Notes: generated by a model from the sequence alone, not told the origin. A stretch of DNA of 64,000 nucleotides from a bacterium (GCA_031362565.1 JANLSU010000017.1:10534-74533), one strand, 5' to 3'. Positions 10,432-20,313 are shown, counted from the first letter of the stretch. Made by a program: numbers and translations.

Positions 10432-12183
10432 ATGACGGGGTGGTTGACTGAACGCAAGCGGCGCATCTTCGCAGGAGTCCTGTTACTCGTCACTTGGTAC
10501 ACGTGTTCGCAGGCCCACGCGCAGAGCCCAGCGCCCGCGACAACATCCGCGGCGCCCGCCTTCGTGCCGGGCGAGATCCTGGTCAAGTTCAAGTCCGGCG
10601 CTGCCGCCGAGAAGATCTCGAGCCTGTTCGCGACCGCGGGCATTCGATCGATGCAGCATTTTGCATCCCTCGACGTGCATCGCTGCAGCGTCCCGCCGGG
10701 GACCGATGTCGCGGCCGCGGTACGCGCCTGCAAACTTGATCCTGCCATCGAGTTCGCGGAGCCGAACTACATCTACACGGCGTCACGCACGCCGAACGAT
10801 CCGCGCTTCGGAGAACTCTGGGGCATGCAGAACGCCACCGACGCCGACGTCGATGCCCCGGAAGCGTGGGACCGGCAGACCGGCGCGCGGCGCGTCCTCG
10901 TTGCAATCATCGACACCGGCATCGACTACAAGCACCAAGACCTGGGTGAGAATGTCTGGAGGAATCCCGGCGAGAGCGGCGGCGGCCGCGAGACGAACGG
11001 CAAGGACGATGACGGCAATGGTTTCGTCGACGACGTCTTCGGCTGGGACTTCGCCAACCGGGACAATGACCCCATGGACGACAATGGGCACGGATCGCAC
11101 GTTGCGGGCACCATTGCGGCCGTCGGCGACAACAACCTGGGTGTGGTGGGCGTCAATTGGCGGGCTTCTGTCATGGCACTCAAGTTCTTGAGTGCGAGCG
11201 GCAGTGGCAGCGCCTCCGACGCCATCGAAGCCATCCTGTACGCCGCCAACAATGGCGCCCGCGTCCTCAACAACAGTTGGGGCGGTGGCGGCTTTTCACA
11301 GGCGTTGCGCGATGCCATCGAGTTCGCGCGGGAACGCAATGCGGTCTTTGTCGCCGCCGCCGGAAATGACGGCCGGGACAACGATGCAGCGCCCGAATAC
11401 CCGGCGAGCTATGACCTCGCGAACATCCTCTCGATCGCTGCCAGCGACCGGCAGGATGCACGCGCCAGTTTCTCGAACTTCGGCAAGACCTCGGTGGACT
11501 TGGCTGCACCGGGCGTCGACATCCTAAGTACGACACCTGGAAACACCTACTCGATCTTCAGCGGCACATCGATGGCGACACCGCATGCGAGCGGTGTCGC
11601 AGCACTCGTGCTGGCGCAGTATCCGCTCGCGACATCGCGTGAGGTCTTGATCCGCATGGCGGGCAGCGTCGATCCATTGCCGGCATTCGAAAATACGACG
11701 TCGAGCGGCGGTCGCCTGAATGCCGCAGCGGCGCTCGCGCCGGCCCCCAAGGTGGCCTTTGTGACGCGCATCGATCCGGCGGCCGTTCCCGTCGGCCCGT
11801 ACCCAATCGAAGCCGAGGCGGTCGGCGACACCGACATCACGGCGGTGCGACTGCAGGTCGCAGTGCAAGGTGCGCAGCCGGCGACGATTCCAATGCAGAA
11901 GGCGGCGGACGCGTCCTACCGGGCGGAGATCCCGGCCCAGGCGAACGGCGCTCGGGTCGAGTACTACGTCGAGGCGGCCGATGCTTCGGGTGGTCTCGCT
12001 CGGAGCCGTTCCTTTGTCTTCACGACGGGCCAGAATGCCGGCGGCCCCGCCTGCGGCGGTTTCTCGCTCCGGTCCAAGGACCGGGCCCAGACCCGGGTTC
12101 TCGTCGCACTCGGCAATGCGCTGCTGCTCTTGCTGGGCCTCCAGGGGGCGCAAAAGCTGCGACATCGCCGCCGTTCGTTCTGA
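10432..12183 (+). CDS. Subtilisin-like S8 serine peptidase with C-terminal Cys/TM/basic anchor
   Basis: GGAGG RBS; catalytic triad IIDTG, HGSHVAG, GTSMATPH; C-tail GGPACGG, hydrophobic helix, RHRRR. Confidence 0.93.
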   Translation: MTGWLTERKRRIFAGVLLLVTWYTCSQAHAQSPAPATTSAAPAFVPGEILVKFKSGAAAEKISSLFATAGIRSMQHFASLDVHRCSVPPGTDVAAAVRACKLDPAIEFAEPNYIYTASRTPNDPRFGELWGMQNATDADVDAPEAWDRQTGARRVLVAIIDTGIDYKHQDLGENVWRNPGESGGGRETNGKDDDGNGFVDDVFGWDFANRDNDPMDDNGHGSHVAGTIAAVGDNNLGVVGVNWRASVMALKFLSASGSGSASDAIEAILYAANNGARVLNNSWGGGGFSQALRDAIEFARERNAVFVAAAGNDGRDNDAAPEYPASYDLANILSIAASDRQDARASFSNFGKTSVDLAAPGVDILSTTPGNTYSIFSGTSMATPHASGVAALVLAQYPLATSREVLIRMAGSVDPLPAFENTTSSGGRLNAAAALAPAPKVAFVTRIDPAAVPVGPYPIEAEAVGDTDITAVRLQVAVQGAQPATIPMQKAADASYRAEIPAQANGARVEYYVEAADASGGLARSRSFVFTTGQNAGGPACGGFSLRSKDRAQTRVLVALGNALLLLLGLQGAQKLRHRRRSF

Positions 12184-12289
12184 AACAGGCTCGATCCGGG
12201 AACCTCCGAGGCCTACACTGGCTTTGGGAGATGTCCGCCCCGCGCCATGATTCGGCCACGGCGGGAATTCCCTGAAGGAGCCGTGCGAC

Positions 12290-14344
12290 ATGGCTGGTGA
12301 GCGTAATCGCGCCGAGTGGCTCGAAGCGGATGGGTTGGGCGGCTTTGCATCGGGAACCGTCGACGGCATTCGTACCCGGCGCTATCACGCGCTCCTGCTC
12401 CCGGCCACGACGCCGCCCACGGGCCGTTTCGTGCTCGTGAACGGGTTCGAAGCCTGGGTCGAGTTTCCAGACGGCCGCCGGGTGCCCTTGAGTTCGCAGA
12501 ACTTCAGCGGCCCATCGGCCGATGTCGTGCACCCGGATGGTTTCGAGCGCATCGTGTCATTCGAGCCCGAACCGTGGCCGCGTTGGCGGCTGCAGGTCGC
12601 GGACGGCGTGTGTCTCGAACAGGAAATCTTGGCGCGGCACGGCGTGCCGGTCACACTCGTGGCGTGGCGCTTGTGCGAACCGGCGACGGGAGCCAAGGTT
12701 CTGCCTGCGGGTCTCATGCTCTGCGTGCGGCCACTCCTGTCGGGGCGGGATTACCATGCCCTGCACCACGAAAACCCGCGCTTCCGTTTCGAGACGCAGC
12801 AAGCGGACCAACACTTGACGTGGCAGCCGTACGATGGACTGCCGCCGGTCGTGGCAGTGACCAATGCCACGTATACGCAAGAGCCCACCTGGTATCGCAA
12901 TTTCGTCTACGAGGAGGAGCGCGCCCGCGGTCTCGACTACAGCGAGGATCTGGCGTCGCCGGGTACGCTGCGCTTCGATTTGTCGCAGGGTGAGGCCGTG
13001 CTCGTGCTTGCCGCGGGCACACCTGAAACCGAAGCCTTGCTGCGCGAAGAACCCGTCGCACTGGCCGGCTACCTGCGGGCGTGCGAACGCGAACGCCGGG
13101 CAGCGTTCCCATCGCCCCTGCATCGGAGCGCCGATGCGTATCTCGTCAAACGTGGCACGGGCAAGACCATCGTCGCCGGTTATCCGTGGTTCACCGACTG
13201 GGGCCGCGACACATTCATTGCGTTGCGTGGCCTCTGCCTCGCGACCGGCCGGCTCGACGAAGCGCACGACATCCTGGTGGAATGGGCCGGCGCAGTTTCG
13301 GAAGGCATGCTGCCGAACCGTTTCGCCGATCACGGTGAGGCGCCGGAGTTCAACTCGGTGGATGCTTCGCTGTGGTATGTGGTCGCGGTCGCCGAATATT
13401 GCCGCACCCTCAAGCTGTACGGCCGCAAGCTCTCGGCCGCCGATCAAAAAACACTGCAAAACGCTTGCAAGGATATCCTGGCCGAATACGCCGATGGGAC
13501 GCGCTACAACATCCGCATGGATGCCGACGGCTTGCTGGCCTGTGGCGAGCCCGGCTTGCAGCTCACGTGGATGGACGCCAAGGTCGGCGACTGGGTCGTG
13601 ACACCGCGCATCGGCAAGCCGGTCGAAGTGCAGGCGCTCTGGTTGAATGCCCTGTGGTTCGGTAACACGTTCGGCGAACGCTGGCGCCGGCTGTATGTGC
13701 TGGGCTGCGATTCCTTCCAAAAACGCTTTTGGAACGAGACCACCGGCTACCTGTACGACGTCGTCGATGTGGATCATCAGGCGGGGAAAGTGGATGCGAC
13801 GTTCCGGCCGAATCAGATCTTCGCGCTCGGCGGATTGCCCATCTCGTTGATCGAGGGACAGCGCGCCCAGCGCATCTTGGATGCCGTCGAGCAGCGTCTT
13901 TGGACACCACTCGGCTTGCGATCGCTCGCGCCACGTGAGCCCGGTTATCGCCCACGCTACGAAGGCGACACGCTGTCGCGCGATGGCGCCTATCACCAGG
14001 GCACGGTGTGGCCATGGCTCGCCGGGCCGTTCGTGGAAGCGTGGGTCCGCGTGCATGACAAAACGCCGGAAGCCAAAGCGGCGGCGCGCCTGCGTTTCTT
14101 GGCGCCCTTGCTCGCCCATCTCGATGAAGCCGGCCTCGGACACGTTTCCGAGATCGCCGATGCCGAAGCGCCGTATACGCCGCGTGGCTGTCCCTTCCAA
14201 GCCTGGTCGCTCGGCGAAGTGCTGCGGTTGCAGGAATCGGTGCTCGCCGACGCGGAAGTGCGCCACGGCCGATTTCGCAACGAAGCGTCCCAAGCCGCCC
14301 AACGCGTCTTGAAGTCGAGTGTCGCGATGCTGCTCGCCGGCTAA
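12290..14344 (+). CDS. Amylo-alpha-1,6-glucosidase (glycogen-debranching enzyme, GH133-like)
   Basis: EWLEADGLGGFASGT, TRRYHALL, AGYPWFTDWGRDTFI, LTWMDAK, YHQGTVWPW, GCPFQAWS. Confidence 0.92.
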   Translation: MAGERNRAEWLEADGLGGFASGTVDGIRTRRYHALLLPATTPPTGRFVLVNGFEAWVEFPDGRRVPLSSQNFSGPSADVVHPDGFERIVSFEPEPWPRWRLQVADGVCLEQEILARHGVPVTLVAWRLCEPATGAKVLPAGLMLCVRPLLSGRDYHALHHENPRFRFETQQADQHLTWQPYDGLPPVVAVTNATYTQEPTWYRNFVYEEERARGLDYSEDLASPGTLRFDLSQGEAVLVLAAGTPETEALLREEPVALAGYLRACERERRAAFPSPLHRSADAYLVKRGTGKTIVAGYPWFTDWGRDTFIALRGLCLATGRLDEAHDILVEWAGAVSEGMLPNRFADHGEAPEFNSVDASLWYVVAVAEYCRTLKLYGRKLSAADQKTLQNACKDILAEYADGTRYNIRMDADGLLACGEPGLQLTWMDAKVGDWVVTPRIGKPVEVQALWLNALWFGNTFGERWRRLYVLGCDSFQKRFWNETTGYLYDVVDVDHQAGKVDATFRPNQIFALGGLPISLIEGQRAQRILDAVEQRLWTPLGLRSLAPREPGYRPRYEGDTLSRDGAYHQGTVWPWLAGPFVEAWVRVHDKTPEAKAAARLRFLAPLLAHLDEAGLGHVSEIADAEAPYTPRGCPFQAWSLGEVLRLQESVLADAEVRHGRFRNEASQAAQRVLKSSVAMLLAG

Positions 14345-14359
14345 TCTTCAACGAGGTTT

Positions 14360-15184
14360 GTGGTGAATTACGGGTTCCACGGCGCCGCGCGCGGCGGTGC
14401 CGAGGCTTTGCGCCGCCATCGCACCGAGTACGCGATCGAGGCGGCACTTCTCGGCACGTTCATGATCTCGGCGTGCGCCTTCGGGACGCTGCTCGAGTTG
14501 CCGGCGTCGCCGGTGCATCAGGCGTTGCCGGACAGCAACTTGCGCCGGGCCTTGATGGGTTGCGCCATGGGACTGACGGCGATCGGGCTCATCTATTCGC
14601 CGTGGGGAAAGCGCTCGGGTGCCCACATGAATCCCTCCACGACGCTGACTTTTTTCCGGCTCGGGCAGGTGCCGCGCTGGGACGCGCTCTTCTATGCCCT
14701 GGCTCAGCTTGCGGGCGCCGCGCTGGGAGTGCTGCTGATGTCGGCATTGCTCGGCGGGAAGCTCGCGGATTCACACGTGCGCTACGTCGTGACGGCGCCC
14801 GGGATGTGGGGCGTGTTGCCGGCCTTTGTCGCCGAAACCGGCATGACGTTCGTCCTGATGTCGGTCATCCTGCGCGTCTCAGCGTCACGTTACGCGCGGT
14901 GGACCGGGCTTTGCGCCGGGTTGCTCGTTGCCGCCTACATCACCTTCGAAGCGCCGGTCTCGGGCATGAGCATGAATCCGGCGCGCACCTTCGGGTCGAG
15001 CGTCGTGGCAGGTTCATGGCAAGCAACGTGGATCTATTGGACCGCGCCGCCGCTCGGCATGCTCTCGGCGGCCGAGCTGTACTTGCGGCTCCGGGGGCGC
15101 GAGCGCGTCGCCTGCGCCAAACTGCATCACCAGAACAGCAAGCGTTGCATTTTCTGTGAGGCGCGGGCCGCGCGCGCCAGGTGA
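14360..15184 (+). CDS. MIP/aquaporin family channel with Cys/His-rich C-terminal tail
   Basis: SGAHMNPS and SMNPAR boxes; six TM helices; tail CAKLHHQNSKRCIFC. Confidence 0.9.
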   Translation: MVNYGFHGAARGGAEALRRHRTEYAIEAALLGTFMISACAFGTLLELPASPVHQALPDSNLRRALMGCAMGLTAIGLIYSPWGKRSGAHMNPSTTLTFFRLGQVPRWDALFYALAQLAGAALGVLLMSALLGGKLADSHVRYVVTAPGMWGVLPAFVAETGMTFVLMSVILRVSASRYARWTGLCAGLLVAAYITFEAPVSGMSMNPARTFGSSVVAGSWQATWIYWTAPPLGMLSAAELYLRLRGRERVACAKLHHQNSKRCIFCEARAARAR

Positions 15185-15203
15185 CGACTCCGGACAACGC
15201 CGT

Positions 15204-15776
15204 CTAACGAAACATCGACTTGACCGTGCTCCAGGTTTGTTGTTCAACCGCGACCGTGCAAACGCGAGCTGGATCGTTCAAGAATGCCTCCCCGCCTCCG
15301 ATACACAGTTTCGTGAAAACAGGGGCATCGCACAGTGTGACCAACGGGCACGGGAAGTGGTGAGAATTGAAGTGCCTCTGGATCGAGAACGTGTGAGGCC
15401 CGATTGCCACCAGAGACGTAAATTGGATCGTGTACAGCGGCACGAATGGCCCCGGCTCGCACCCCGGAAACGCGATGTTGCAACCGCCGGAGACGGGATT
15501 GCCGAGTGCCAAGTTGGCGGCAGGGCTGGGAGTGACGGTTGTCAGCCACGCAGGATCCGCCCCTGTCAGCTTAAACTCCGCACCGGTCATGCCCGCTGCG
15601 CCGGCGTCGCCACCAAGAACTGCCCCCACATAGACCGTGAACTGGACGAGTGGAGTCGCCACGCCGTCGCAATCGCTGCCATCGGGAGCGAAGAAGACGC
15701 CGATCGAGGACGCCTGCGCAACGCCCGCCATCAAGAACAACACCGTTGCAATGGAACCGACGGCTAGCGATTTCAT
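15204..15776 (-). CDS. Secreted Cys-rich protein, tandem paralog 3, with C-terminal W-x2-VK-x2-FR motif
   Basis: GGAGG RBS, signal peptide, SSIGVFFAPDGSDCDG core; ends VAVEQQTWSTVKSMFR. Confidence 0.85.
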   Translation of the reverse strand: MKSLAVGSIATVLFLMAGVAQASSIGVFFAPDGSDCDGVATPLVQFTVYVGAVLGGDAGAAGMTGAEFKLTGADPAWLTTVTPSPAANLALGNPVSGGCNIAFPGCEPGPFVPLYTIQFTSLVAIGPHTFSIQRHFNSHHFPCPLVTLCDAPVFTKLCIGGGEAFLNDPARVCTVAVEQQTWSTVKSMFR

Positions 15777-15839
15777 GCTGTGTCCTCCCTTCGAGGCCCC
15801 CACCGCCCGACGCTCGACGAGCACCCCAGACAAGGGCGT

Positions 15840-16418
15840 CTAGCGAAACATCGATTTGACCTTAGTCCACGTTTGCTGTTCCACTCCAACCGCGCAAAAA
15901 CGGGCGGGGTCGTTCAGGAAGGCCTGGCCGCCTGCGACACACAACTTCGTGAAATGTACATCGCACAGTAACAGCAACGGGCAAAGGAACTCTGGGCCGT
16001 GGGGCGGATTGAGGTGGTACCGGATCGCGAAGGTGTGCGGTGGGATTGCGACCGGCGACGTCATTTGGATCGTGTACAACGGCACGAAGGGCCCCGGCAG
16101 GCACCCCGGAAATGCGATGTTGCAACCGAAGACAACCGGGTTGCCCAACGTCAAGTTGGCGGCTGGGTTCGGAGTGACGGTTGTAATCCAGGCCGGATCC
16201 GCCCCGGCGAGCGAGAACTCCGCACCGACAATGCCTGCCGTAGCCGCATCGCCGCCAAGAACCGCTCCCACGTAGATCGTGAACGGGACGAGCGGTGTCG
16301 CTACGCCATCGCAATCACTGCCATCCGGCGCAAAGAAGACGCCGATCGACGACGCCCGCGCGACGCCCGTCACAAAGAACAACAACGCTGCGACGAAACC
16401 GATTGCTCGAGACTTCAT
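15840..16418 (-). CDS. Secreted Cys-rich protein, tandem paralog 2, same C-terminal motif
   Basis: GAGGAGG RBS, signal peptide, same core; ends VGVEQQTWTKVKSMFR. Confidence 0.85.
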   Translation of the reverse strand: MKSRAIGFVAALLFFVTGVARASSIGVFFAPDGSDCDGVATPLVPFTIYVGAVLGGDAATAGIVGAEFSLAGADPAWITTVTPNPAANLTLGNPVVFGCNIAFPGCLPGPFVPLYTIQMTSPVAIPPHTFAIRYHLNPPHGPEFLCPLLLLCDVHFTKLCVAGGQAFLNDPARFCAVGVEQQTWTKVKSMFR

Positions 16419-16463
16419 GCGGTGTCCTCCTCTCGAGACCTCGCCGCCCGCGCGAGGTGAGTA

Positions 16464-17042
16464 CTAGCGAAACATCGATTTGACCGTGCTCCACGTTTGC
16501 TGTTCAACGCCGACCGTGCAAGCGCGGGTGGGATCGTTCAGGAAGGCCTGCCCGCCCGCGACACACAGCTTCGTAAAATTGCCACCGCACAACCTGAGCA
16601 GCACGCAGGCATATATCGGATCGGCAACGACGAGGTGCCGACGGATCGCGAAGGTACGGGGCGCGATTGCGACCGGCGACGTGAATTGGATCGTGTACAG
16701 CGGCACGTACGGCCCCGGCTGGCACCCCGGAAAGGCGATGTCGCAACCACCGTTCCCAACGAGAACCGGATTGCCGATGGCAATGTCGGCTGCTGGGTTC
16801 GGCGTGACGGTTGTAATCCACGCCGGATCCGCTCCGGCGAGCGAGAACTCCGCACCGACAATGCCCGCCGCAGCGGCGTCGCCGCCAAGAACCGCGCCCA
16901 CGTAAATGGTGAACGGGACGAGCGGAGTCGCCACACCATCACAATCACTGCCATCCGGCGCGAAGAACACGCCGATCGAGGACGCCTGGGCGACGCCCGT
17001 CATCAACACCGCTGCAACGGAACCACTGGCTCGAAGCTTCAT
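16464..17042 (-). CDS. Secreted Cys-rich protein, tandem paralog 1, same C-terminal motif
   Basis: GGGAGG RBS, ATG at 17042, same core; ends VGVEQQTWSTVKSMFR. Confidence 0.85.
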   Translation of the reverse strand: MKLRASGSVAAVLMTGVAQASSIGVFFAPDGSDCDGVATPLVPFTIYVGAVLGGDAAAAGIVGAEFSLAGADPAWITTVTPNPAADIAIGNPVLVGNGGCDIAFPGCQPGPYVPLYTIQFTSPVAIAPRTFAIRRHLVVADPIYACVLLRLCGGNFTKLCVAGGQAFLNDPTRACTVGVEQQTWSTVKSMFR

Positions 17043-17124
17043 GCGATGCCCTCCCCTGCCGACGGCAACAAAGCGGTCCGCGGGGCGCGGCTCGCCTGAA
17101 GGTTGCCTCGGAAGTGACTGCACA

Positions 17125-17153
17125 ATTATAGGTCCCCGCCGATGGGATTTCCA
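17125..17153 (-). promoter_or_regulatory. sigma70-like promoter of the paralog array
   Basis: Minus strand TGGAAA, 17 bp, perfect TATAAT (17130-17125), about 80 nt upstream of the first paralog. Confidence 0.55.
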
Positions 17154-17205
17154 GGCGCATGTTGTGGGGCAGTGTCGGGCTCGCAGAGGCCTGACGCGGC
17201 GTCCT

Positions 17206-18333
17206 CTACAACGTCCGCTTGAAGAACGTCGACGCCAGGATCAGCATCAACAGCGCGAAGCCCGCCATCATCAGGAAATCCGGCATCACGGCCTGGAATC
17301 CGACGCCCTTGAGCAACAGATTCCGCAGCGAGTGCACTGCGTAGCGCATCGGAAACGCCACCGACAGCGCGTTCAGCCACGTCGGATAGCTCTCGGTCGG
17401 ATAGAGGGCGCCGCTCGGGAAGAAGGTCAACACGTTCAGGATGCCGAACAGGGCGCGCGGCGTCAGCGGGTTCGAGACCCGGGCCATCAACGTGAACATG
17501 AACAGGATGAGCCCGACCGCGAGCAGCACGATCGCGGTTTCCATTAGCAACAACGTGCGGAGGCCACCCAGGATCGGCAGGCGGGCGATAAGAACCGACG
17601 ATGCCAAGACGACCGTGCCGATGAGGGTCGCGAGCGTCGTGGCGGACAGAGTGAGCCCACCGACCAGGTCGAGGGCGGTGAGCGGCGTCGCAAAATAGCC
17701 TTCATGAATGCCGCGGGCGCGATCGTCCACGAGAATGATGCCACCCGCCAACATGGCTACGAAGAAGATCGCGAGTGCGATCACGCCGGGCACCAAGTAC
17801 TGCATGAATTCCTTGTGGCCGTAGACATTCACGCGTTCGACTTGGATGCCTGGCTGCGCCCGGTCGCCGGTGTTGGCACCGCCACCGCTCGCGAACGCGC
17901 GCCGCAATTCGCCCTCGATCACGCCGGCCGCCGTGTTGTCGGTGTTGTCCACGACGACTCCCAGCGATGCCGGCTCGCCGCGCGCCAAGTCTTCGCTGAA
18001 GTCCGGTGGCACAATGATGACCGCTTTGTATCGACCCTCCCGCAGCTCATGCACCGCGGTCTCCGGATCGGGTTCGCTGTGAATCACGAAGAGGTCGCGG
18101 CTCTGCGCCAGGGTCAAGATGTGGTCGCGCACTTGCACCGTGCCCTGGCCGTGGTCCTGAACGACGAGGGCAATCGGCAGGTCGTGCAAGTCGCCGCCCA
18201 TCGACTTGCCGAGAATCACCAAATAGATGATCGGCATGAGCGTCATCGGGACAAAGAGTTTGGTGTTACGCCGGAAGCGGCGCAAGTCGCGCTCCGCGAC
18301 TGCCAGCAAGCGGCTCACATTGAAATCGAGCAT
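17206..18333 (-). CDS. ABC-2 type exporter permease (YbhR/S-like)
   Basis: One N-terminal TM, a periplasmic domain, then five TMs; YLVPGVI and SGALYP...P motifs. Confidence 0.88.
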   Translation of the reverse strand: MLDFNVSRLLAVAERDLRRFRRNTKLFVPMTLMPIIYLVILGKSMGGDLHDLPIALVVQDHGQGTVQVRDHILTLAQSRDLFVIHSEPDPETAVHELREGRYKAVIIVPPDFSEDLARGEPASLGVVVDNTDNTAAGVIEGELRRAFASGGGANTGDRAQPGIQVERVNVYGHKEFMQYLVPGVIALAIFFVAMLAGGIILVDDRARGIHEGYFATPLTALDLVGGLTLSATTLATLIGTVVLASSVLIARLPILGGLRTLLLMETAIVLLAVGLILFMFTLMARVSNPLTPRALFGILNVLTFFPSGALYPTESYPTWLNALSVAFPMRYAVHSLRNLLLKGVGFQAVMPDFLMMAGFALLMLILASTFFKRTL

Positions 18334-18360
18334 CGTGGCTCCCCGTGGCGGACTCGGCCT

Positions 18361-19380
18361 TCAGCGCATTATCGTTGGCATGGCATAGTTATACTCGCCG
18401 GCGGCGGCGTCGCGCATCGCGCGCCCCGTGTAATGAATGAAGACGTCCTCGAGTGTCGGTTCCAAGAGCGACATGCTCTTGATCTTGTTCGATTGCGCGC
18501 GCGCGACTTCCGTGATGCCGTCGAGTGGTACCACGTCGCTGGACAAGATGAGGCGCGCCGTGTGCGCTTCCTCGCGCGCGGCTTCGGAAACCTCCGGCAG
18601 TTTCTTCAACGCGGCTAGCGTTTCGTCGCTCACTTCTTGAAAGAACTGCACCGTCAGGATGTCCTGCCCCGGAACCGTCGCCTTGAGATCGCGCGGTGTC
18701 CCGAGCGCGACAATCTTCCCGTGGTCGACGATCGCCAGGCGATTGCAGAGCCGGTCCGCCTCATCCATATAGTGCGTGCACAGGAGAATCGTGAGATCGC
18801 CCTCGGCGCGCAGCTTCTCCAGCAACTCCCAGATCGTCCGGCGGCTCTGCGGATCGAGCCCAGTCGTCGGCTCGTCGAGGAAGAAGACGCGCGGCCGGTG
18901 GATCAGGCCGCGGGCGATTTCGAGCCGCCGCCGCATGCCGCCGGAGTACGTGCCGGCAGCCTTGTCACGCCATTCCCACAACCCCACGGCTTCCAAGAGT
19001 TCCTTGGCGCGCGTCTGCCGCTCGCCGCGCCCCATGCCGTAGAACTTGCCGTAAAGGTCGAGGCTTTCCCACGCGGTCAGGTCGCCGTCCACGGTGTTGG
19101 CTTGCGGGATCACGCCGATCTCGTGACGCACGCGCGTTGTTTGCTGCACGACGTCGTAGCCCATAACGAGGCCCTTGCCCGAGGTCGGCAGAATGAGCGT
19201 CGTCAGCATCCGAATGAGCGTGCTCTTGCCGGCGCCGTTCGGCCCCAGGATCCCGAAGATCTCGTCCCGGTCGACCGTGAAGTTGATATCGTCGTCGGCG
19301 GTGAAATCCCCGAATTTCTTCGTCAGGTGCTCGACGACGATGGCTTTCGGCGCACCGTCCGCCGATTCTGCAACGGTCAT
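18361..19380 (-). CDS. ABC exporter ATP-binding protein (DrrA-like)
   Basis: GPNGAGKS, YSGGMRRRLEIARGL, LDEPTTGLDP, PTLEDVFIHYTG. Confidence 0.93.
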   Translation of the reverse strand: MTVAESADGAPKAIVVEHLTKKFGDFTADDDINFTVDRDEIFGILGPNGAGKSTLIRMLTTLILPTSGKGLVMGYDVVQQTTRVRHEIGVIPQANTVDGDLTAWESLDLYGKFYGMGRGERQTRAKELLEAVGLWEWRDKAAGTYSGGMRRRLEIARGLIHRPRVFFLDEPTTGLDPQSRRTIWELLEKLRAEGDLTILLCTHYMDEADRLCNRLAIVDHGKIVALGTPRDLKATVPGQDILTVQFFQEVSDETLAALKKLPEVSEAAREEAHTARLILSSDVVPLDGITEVARAQSNKIKSMSLLEPTLEDVFIHYTGRAMRDAAAGEYNYAMPTIMR

Positions 19381-20312
19381 CGCCGTGCTCCAGCCATTCG
19401 CTGCACCGCCGGGTCGACTTGGATGGTCACTTCCGCCGTCATCCCGTCTTTGAGCAGATGCTCGAGATTCGGCACCCGCGCCGTGACCGTGAAAGTTCGA
19501 ATGTCGCGCCGCTGCGCTCCCCAGTCCTTGCGAGTCGCGAAGTCCCCGGCCGATCGAATTTCCGTCACGAAACCCTCGAATAGTTGGCGGTCGAATGTGT
19601 AGACGCGCACTTTGACTTTGTCGCCGGGTCGCACCGCACCAATTCGCGTTTCGTCGACTGCGGCGTGCACCTTCACGGTGTCGAGTTGGGCCAAAGTCAC
19701 GATCGGCGTCCCCACCATCACCATCTCACCCGGACGGTGGATTTTTTCCGACACTTCGCCGGCCTCTGGAGCGCGCAGCTCGGCATAGGAAAGCTGCAGT
19801 TCCGCCTGTGCAAGGGCGGTCTCCGCTTGCTGCACTGCCGCCCGGGCCGCCAAGACTTGGGCGCTCGTCACATCGGCCGTTGCATGCGCCGCGTCCATTT
19901 GCTGCGGTGTCGTCGCGTCGCTCTCCATGAGCGTCGTCATGCGCGCCAAGTCGCGAGCCGCCTTTTCGCGGTTTGCCACCGCTTGCGCCAATCCGGCCTG
20001 CGCGGTCGCAAGGGAGGCTTTCGCCGCCTGGACCTGCACTTCGAAATCCTGCGATTCGATGCGGCCGAGGAGTTGTCCGGCTTTGACCTCGTTGCCTTCG
20101 GAGATCGGGACCTCGGCCAGCCTGCCGTTGACCTTGAAGCCGAGCCGTACATGCACCGCCTCGATCGTTCCGGTGGTCACGACATCCCCACCGGCGTAGC
20201 CTTCGCTCCGGTGTTGGTAGCGCCACAGCGCGTAGCCGCCGCCGCTCAAGATCACGAGCAAGAGGAGCGGCCGGAGGAACCGGAGCCGCGAACCATTCGG
20301 CTTGTCTGCCAT
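19377..20312 (-). CDS. HlyD-family membrane fusion (periplasmic adaptor) protein
   Basis: N-terminal TM, biotinyl-like GRLAEV..EG..VKAGQ, coiled coil, LKDGM. Confidence 0.9.
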   Translation of the reverse strand: MADKPNGSRLRFLRPLLLLVILSGGGYALWRYQHRSEGYAGGDVVTTGTIEAVHVRLGFKVNGRLAEVPISEGNEVKAGQLLGRIESQDFEVQVQAAKASLATAQAGLAQAVANREKAARDLARMTTLMESDATTPQQMDAAHATADVTSAQVLAARAAVQQAETALAQAELQLSYAELRAPEAGEVSEKIHRPGEMVMVGTPIVTLAQLDTVKVHAAVDETRIGAVRPGDKVKVRVYTFDRQLFEGFVTEIRSAGDFATRKDWGAQRRDIRTFTVTARVPNLEHLLKDGMTAEVTIQVDPAVQRMAGARR

Positions 20313-20313
20313 A

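Larger units (their letters stand above)
15204..17042 (-). repeat. Three-copy tandem gene duplication, about 630-bp unit
   Basis: Near-identical nucleotide blocks recur at about 15204, 15840 and 16464 (e.g. CGAAACATCGA-TTGACC) and at about 15690, 16330 and 16960 (GAAGA-ACGCCGATCGA). Confidence 0.9.

Noticed and set aside
15204..17042. Paralog array as a diversity-generating retroelement or CRISPR-like array
   Set aside because: No reverse transcriptase in the window, the differences are not adenine-specific, and the units are whole genes with their own RBS.
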